Virus record (IMG/VR): IMGVR_UViG_3300016667_000443
Location: 1 to 38,470 of that record
DNA: 38,470 nucleotides
Origin: a virus
Taxonomy: Duplodnaviria; Caudoviricetes
Reading direction: 5' to 3' (one strand)
This document shows positions 33,492-38,470 of the stretch, piece by piece (position 1 is the stretch's first letter; every line of letters starts with the position of its first letter). The notes under the pieces are model-generated. The model was not told where the DNA came from, did not search any database, and saw only the letters and a list, made by a program, of their open reading frames with translations. A program made the translations under genes and the position numbers.

Positions 33492-36044
33492 TTAATAACT
33501 ACCACCATCAATATTTACATCCAAATAATTCGTAGACGCATTGTATGCCAACGATGAATTGTATTTCAATGCTTGACTACTGGCGGATGCAGCATTTACA
33601 AATGCCAAGAAACAAGTGGTATCTGATGTTTCACTTGCCATCGTAACTGCGGAAGCATTCGATGCTGTACCTGTCAAACTTGCGGTGATTGTACCAGCAG
33701 AGAAGTTTCCAGATCCATCTCTTTGAACTATTGCAGAAGTGGTGTTTGAACTGGTGGCATTTGTCCATGTTGGCGCGCTTGCTCCACCGGAAGTCAACAC
33801 ATAACCGGCTGTACCGGCAGACAAGACTTCCATGCTATCTGCGTCAGTATAGACGATACCACCGGCACTGGCAGTTAACGCTTTACCTGTACCACCGTAG
33901 GTTAATCCTACGGCAGTTCCTTGCCACGTACCTGTTCCAATAGTACCTAATGTGGTGATGCTGGTTTGACCAATATATGTTGTTTTGATGCTGAAGGTGT
34001 CTCCACTCTTGGTCAAAGTAACTTCATCGGCAACCATTGTACCAGCACCAGAGAATTGATCCCAGGCGATTGGATCTGTATCCAAAGTTGTTACTACTTC
34101 TGTTTGTACCCAACCAGTATTGTTGTAACTAGTACCGTCTGTTACGAATACGAAGTCGCCTCCCAAGAATTCGGCGGCGGTATTAGAATCAGTTGATCTA
34201 CGCAATTCTCTGGCACCATAGCAATAGTAAATACCATTGTATGCAGAACCCAATCCACCGACATCTCCTTCATTCTTTACAAGAATTCTACTGGCAGATG
34301 CTTCGGTTGTGCTTGCGGTGAATGCAACACCATCCGTAAATGTGCTGGTAAGCGCGGTTCCACCTGTCCATGTGATGGCTTGAGTTCCTGCACTGTAACT
34401 CACTGTTGCGCCAGACAATGAAGCGAGTGTTGCTGTTGTAGCACCTTTTACTACAGAGTGAACGTGCAATCCTTGAGCAACTTGATCAACATATCCTCTT
34501 GTTGCTGCATCTGTACTTGCACTTGGAGTGGCAAGATTGGTAATTCTTTTTGAACCAACATCAACTGTACCTGTTCCGTTTGGAACCAAATTTACGTTTG
34601 TATTTGTTCCACCGGCAGTAAATGTCAATGCACCTGTACCAGTGATGCTACCATCGGACGTTCCTGTACCACCATAAGCAACACCAACATCTGTTCCTTG
34701 CCATACACCTGTTGCAATTGTACCAACAGAAGTCAAAGAAGAACTTACTACGCTGGAACCAAGTGCGGTTGCTGATAAAATTTGTGTTCCATTTATTTGA
34801 TAGACTTTACCACTGGCAATATTTAAATCATTTCTTACTGTAGTTGTTCCAGTGGTGGCACCAATTGAAATTGTTGTTGCTGCTTGTCCTACGTTTAAAG
34901 TAGTTGCATTTGTGTTGAACACCGTTGCGGTGCCGGTTGAAGTTGTTGTGATATCTCCACCGTTTACTGCAAGATCATTTGCTACAGTGACCGTGCCGTT
35001 TAGTGTCGTGTTGCTGGTGCCTGTCGTTGAACCAATTGTAATTGCAGCAATACCAGTACCATTCATACCGGTTGCTATGTTTACGGTTGATGTACCGCCG
35101 GCTGCCGTGCTAGTACCAATATTTACAGTCTTTCCAAAAGTACTGGCAGTTGCTTGACCGGCGATAGTAAGTGTAGAATTTACGCCAGTTGCACTGTCTT
35201 GGATTGTATATGTTGTTGGAAGTTCAAAACTAGAACCACTATGAGTTATGTTTCCGTTTGCAACTGTAAGTCCACTGGCCCCACCCACGGATGAACAATT
35301 TATTGTAACGCTTGATGCATTTATGGAAGCGGACTCTCCGTTTGCTATTACTGATCCTGTTAAAGTTATTGAAGAATCGGTGTCTGAGCCTGTGCTTGTC
35401 AAAGTAAGAGCTGTATCATCCGCCGAACTTACTAAATTTCCTTTAAACGTAGATGCTTTTAATGTACTTGAACTTGGAACATAACTTAGTGCGGTTGTTG
35501 TTGGATCGGCATAAAGAGTCAATCCAGAACCAGATCCAGTTACAAAGGTTGGATAAAATGTACTACTTGAATTATCTGCTGTTACTGCCAAAGAAGAAGC
35601 AGATGCAGCACCCCAAGACAATGTACCAGAACCGTTTGTAGTGAGAACATGACCGTTGGAACCATCTGCTGAGGGGAGAGTAAATGTTACAGAGGTTGCG
35701 ACTGATGCTGGTGCTTGGAAAGCAATAAAGTCTGTACCACCACCAGTTTCTACGAAGCGAAGATCAGATCCACCAGAAAGTGAAACGTCGCCGCTAAACG
35801 TACCACCGGCTTTTGGCATAAAAGTGGTATTGATTGCACTTTGAGTTGCAAGTTTTGTGCTAGAGGTCCAATCTCCGGGAGAAGATTCGATCTGAGCACC
35901 AACCCAAATTGGTGTTGTACTGCTATCATCCGCAGTCTTCAACCAAAGTTTTGGTGTACTGGTGTTTGCTGCCAATTCACCAGCATTTGTCACATTTGCC
36001 GCGGAAGGATCTGTAGTTCCTCTTTTAATCTTAATAGTTGCCAT
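33492..36044 (-). CDS. Long tail fibre-like protein
   Basis: IKIKRG...GELAANT..KLW N-domain; RITNLATP...DAATRGYVD and RILVKNE...NGIY fibre motifs; Thr/Gly/Ser-rich; ends IDGGSY. Confidence 0.8.
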   Translation of the reverse strand: MATIKIKRGTTDPSAANVTNAGELAANTSTPKLWLKTADDSSTTPIWVGAQIESSPGDWTSSTKLATQSAINTTFMPKAGGTFSGDVSLSGGSDLRFVETGGGTDFIAFQAPASVATSVTFTLPSADGSNGHVLTTNGSGTLSWGAASASSLAVTADNSSSTFYPTFVTGSGSGLTLYADPTTTALSYVPSSSTLKASTFKGNLVSSADDTALTLTSTGSDTDSSITLTGSVIANGESASINASSVTINCSSVGGASGLTVANGNITHSGSSFELPTTYTIQDSATGVNSTLTIAGQATASTFGKTVNIGTSTAAGGTSTVNIATGMNGTGIAAITIGSTTGTSNTTLNGTVTVANDLAVNGGDITTTSTGTATVFNTNATTLNVGQAATTISIGATTGTTTVRNDLNIASGKVYQINGTQILSATALGSSVVSSSLTSVGTIATGVWQGTDVGVAYGGTGTSDGSITGTGALTFTAGGTNTNVNLVPNGTGTVDVGSKRITNLATPSASTDAATRGYVDQVAQGLHVHSVVKGATTATLASLSGATVSYSAGTQAITWTGGTALTSTFTDGVAFTASTTEASASRILVKNEGDVGGLGSAYNGIYYCYGARELRRSTDSNTAAEFLGGDFVFVTDGTSYNNTGWVQTEVVTTLDTDPIAWDQFSGAGTMVADEVTLTKSGDTFSIKTTYIGQTSITTLGTIGTGTWQGTAVGLTYGGTGKALTASAGGIVYTDADSMEVLSAGTAGYVLTSGGASAPTWTNATSSNTTSAIVQRDGSGNFSAGTITASLTGTASNASAVTMASETSDTTCFLAFVNAASASSQALKYNSSLAYNASTNYLDVNIDGGSY

Positions 36045-36054
36045 TTAAATCCCC

Positions 36055-37455
36055 TTAATATGTTCCACCATCGAGTTCCATACCAATACCCAAATATTCT
36101 TCTGGTGTGTCGGTGTTACCTCGGATGCCTGTATCCGTTTCAATGTATCCCGATACAATTAGATTACCAGTAATATATATGGCTCCAGATGCCCCACCCG
36201 ATAGGGTAAGTGCGCCGTTATTTGCTACAATAGTGCCGTCCGTATTACCAACACGTAATGTTGGATTCCGTATTCTAGCAGAACCACTAGTGGCTCCCAT
36301 ACTCAATGTTGTCGCACTTTGAGCAAAAGTAATACTGGTTGGAGTATTAAATATTGCTCCACTTGATCCTTCTAGTTTGTCTAAGTCGCCAAGTATATTT
36401 ATTGTTGTGCCACCAGTATAAACATTACCAATATTAATTTGCAAACCAGAACCAATTGTTACATCACCACCAACGCTAGATGTTCCTATGTTTATGATTT
36501 TTGTAAACGCACCATCTATATCACCCACTGCAATGTTTGTAGTGGAAGCGGTAGTAGTTCCATCATATCCTATATTTAAAGTAGTCGCAGCACCAAATGC
36601 ATTTACAGTTGTTGCAGTCGTGTCAAATACACCAAACGTTGCACTTCCTGTAGTGACACCAGTAGTAAATGCTGGAGATGTCCCAAAAACCAATGAACCA
36701 GTTCCGGTTTCATCGGATATGATTCCTGCTAATTCTGAAGATGTTGTTGCAGCAAATGCACTTAACTTATTACTAGTGTAGGCAACAGTTCCACCGGCAC
36801 CAAAAGCCACAGATGAAGAATCTGTTCCAGTAAAAGTAAGAGTGTTGCTTACCGTGATTGTTTTATTGTTAGCAATAGTCAGAGTTGCTGCTGTTGCTGG
36901 AGCAGTAATTGTAACATTATTAATTGGACCGGAATCAACACTATCTGCAACAATTGCTTTAGTCCAATTTAAAGTATAAACACCATTCGAAGCACTTGTT
37001 AGTGTTAATATACTTCCTGTCGTATTTGTTCCTTGTGGGAACACATAAGGTTTTCCACTGGTATCTGTTACAGAAGCGGGAGCAACAAATGAAATATAAT
37101 TTGTTCCATTTGTTGATTTTTCGTATAATTTAATTCCAGATTGATTTTTAAATTCTAAAAACGAAGCAGTATGTGCTGGACTACCATATGAATAAGATTC
37201 TTCAAATGTTAAATTACTAGATGCTCCAAAAGAACCATTATCATTGAATTGTATTTCTGTATTACTTCCACCCGGTGTGCCTGTTCCACCAACTGCATTC
37301 CCATCAACTATTAATGCATTTCCATCGGTAGAATTGTCACCAATATAAATTTTTTTGTCTGGGATATTAATTGCCAATTCACCAAGTTCCAGACCTGTTG
37401 GGACATTTCCGGCAGTTAAAGAACGCTTTATTCTAAGTTTAACATTATCCGGCAT
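36055..37455 (-). CDS. Tail fibre-like protein with Mtd-N-like N-terminal domain
   Basis: LRIKRS...P.GL..GELAIN..DKKIYIG N-domain; ISDETGTGSLVF motif; ends LDGGTY. Confidence 0.75.
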   Translation of the reverse strand: MPDNVKLRIKRSLTAGNVPTGLELGELAINIPDKKIYIGDNSTDGNALIVDGNAVGGTGTPGGSNTEIQFNDNGSFGASSNLTFEESYSYGSPAHTASFLEFKNQSGIKLYEKSTNGTNYISFVAPASVTDTSGKPYVFPQGTNTTGSILTLTSASNGVYTLNWTKAIVADSVDSGPINNVTITAPATAATLTIANNKTITVSNTLTFTGTDSSSVAFGAGGTVAYTSNKLSAFAATTSSELAGIISDETGTGSLVFGTSPAFTTGVTTGSATFGVFDTTATTVNAFGAATTLNIGYDGTTTASTTNIAVGDIDGAFTKIINIGTSSVGGDVTIGSGLQINIGNVYTGGTTINILGDLDKLEGSSGAIFNTPTSITFAQSATTLSMGATSGSARIRNPTLRVGNTDGTIVANNGALTLSGGASGAIYITGNLIVSGYIETDTGIRGNTDTPEEYLGIGMELDGGTY

Positions 37456-37688
37456 TAAAAATCCCCACCATCTAAGTCTGCTCTTTTTATTATATCAACT
37501 CTTAATTCATCCAACCTACCCGCACTGTCTACAGTTAAAATAGAACTTGGTTCTAGTTCGCCCATAGGATGCTGCAACCAACCTCGAATAGTATCCGCTG
37601 TTGGTGTCTCTATTGGTTCTGGCAAAGTAGATAACTGTGTTACCTTTCCTTGTGAACGCTTATCGTAATAGTAGATCTTTTTTGCCAT
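37455..37688 (-). CDS. Small hypothetical protein ending LDGGDF
   Basis: 77 aa; stop overlaps the next start (TAATG). Confidence 0.6.
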   Translation of the reverse strand: MAKKIYYYDKRSQGKVTQLSTLPEPIETPTADTIRGWLQHPMGELEPSSILTVDSAGRLDELRVDIIKRADLDGGDF

Positions 37689-37807
37689 TATGGTACTAGA
37701 ATAGTTGTAGTCTTAGAAGTATTTTTCTTTATTACTACTCTATTTATAGTACCTCTCTTATGGGTTGCTTTGCTTCTTTGGCTTTCAGTTACAATAAGTT
37801 TTCTCAT
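37688..37807 (-). CDS. Small basic hypothetical protein (39 aa, not in ORF track)
   Basis: MRKLIVTESQRSKATHKRG...ILVP*; overlaps both neighbours (ATGA and TAATG). Confidence 0.4.
   Translation of the reverse strand: MRKLIVTESQRSKATHKRGTINRVVIKKNTSKTTTILVP
37741..37748 (-). promoter_or_regulatory. T4-type late promoter (TATAAATA)
   Basis: Exact consensus on the minus strand at the head of the fibre gene cluster. Confidence 0.65.
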
Positions 37808-38184
37808 GCTGCCTCCACTACAAATTTGCCCTTCAACAGCATAGTTTCAATCCCATTTAAGTGTCTAACTAGAGTGTAAAAATAGGTTGTTGGTTGTAAC
37901 TGATCCATAGTTTCTGCGGTTATTTGCAGAGTTGCTATGTTATTTGCAACCGTTATTGTTCCATAACCAGATTCCGAAGTAGGAAAGGGAAGAACCCCTT
38001 CCACAATTGCTCCGCTTGAATGAACTTCAAAAAACGTATCATATGGTAATAATGACTTTTTAACATAAAAGGACAGGGTGCCTTGTCCCAAATTTATAAC
38101 AGTACCATCGTTTTCGGTATACTCAAATTCTACCGAGTAATCGACGCCAAAATCTGCATGTAAATCATATGTTCCTGAGTCCAT
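37804..38184 (-). CDS. Hypothetical Ig/BppU-like baseplate or fibre adaptor protein
   Basis: YDL....G.D...EF.Y....G..INL...I.LQITAE.M..L....Y.Y.L......LLKGKF.V pattern of phage adaptor domains. Confidence 0.55.
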   Translation of the reverse strand: MDSGTYDLHADFGVDYSVEFEYTENDGTVINLGQGTLSFYVKKSLLPYDTFFEVHSSGAIVEGVLPFPTSESGYGTITVANNIATLQITAETMDQLQPTTYFYTLVRHLNGIETMLLKGKFVVEAA

Positions 38185-38470
38185 TATTTCTTACCCTTTC
38201 CTATGTGGTATTTAGGACAGAGTTCCCATTCATTTTTTTCCTTGAATGGGATTATTTTAATTTGATTGAGTGGTGTTAAAATACTATTCATTTTTTCCTT
38301 GTCAACGACAGTCAACAAATTCCATTCTTCCATCAATTTTGCTATCGTATTTCTTCTACCCAAATCGGTTTCGTTGATGTCCGATGGTAAACCATCTAGA
38401 AGGAACAATTCTTTAAAATGAACAATGTAATATTTACCGCGTTTATGTAAAATATGACAAGATTGGTACA
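38184..38470 (-). CDS. regA: RegA translational repressor (5' truncated by window edge)
   Basis: Frame reads YQSCHILHKRGKYYIVHFKELFLLDG...RRNTIAKL..EW.L...IKII...EK.EWEL.PKY.IG. Confidence 0.93.
   Translation of the reverse strand, partial: YQSCHILHKRGKYYIVHFKELFLLDGLPSDINETDLGRRNTIAKLMEEWNLLTVVDKEKMNSILTPLNQIKIIPFKEKNEWELCPKYHIGKGKK

Noticed and set aside
31814-37455. Possible diversity-generating retroelement suggested by Mtd-N-like domains
   Set aside because: No reverse transcriptase, and no template/variable repeat pair differing at adenines was seen in the window.
1-38470. Stop-codon reassignment, inteins or introns in core genes
   Set aside because: gp43, gp41, gp61, UvsX and NrdJ are uninterrupted and of ordinary length under the standard code.

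Overview
A 38.5 kb piece of a large T4-like (myovirus-type) bacteriophage genome with two converging arms. The + strand arm (1-14.1 kb) is driven by T4-type late promoters (TATAAATA/GATAAATA). It carries a long cluster of poorly characterised proteins with short N-terminal leaders and internal domain junctions ending in [LIVM]-x-E, the pattern expected of head-packaged proteins processed by the prohead protease. Their payloads include a muramidase-like domain, a HAD phosphatase, an RNA-ligase-like KxDG protein, a degenerate cytidylyltransferase-like enzyme and HNH domains. This arm ends with a holin-like/lipoprotein pair and two proteins bearing a PEP-CTERM-like sorting tail of the P-[AS]-P type, which suggests a Planctomycetota-type host. 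The - strand arm (38.5-14.1 kb) is the T4-like replication module: regA (partial), dUTPase, a Nmad1/DUF1599-like protein, gp43 polymerase, UvsX, gp41 helicase, gp61 primase, ThyX, class II ribonucleotide reductase, a C5 DNA methyltransferase with a nested alternative-frame gene, and a RuvC-like resolvase. It is interrupted by a ~10 kb fibre/Gly-rich island and a collagen-like fibre gene. Five fibre-related proteins end in a shared [LI]DG[GE]x[FY] tail that alternates with a shared N-terminal domain. No tRNA, rRNA, CRISPR array or transposon was seen. Family names come from motif recognition only; no database search was run.
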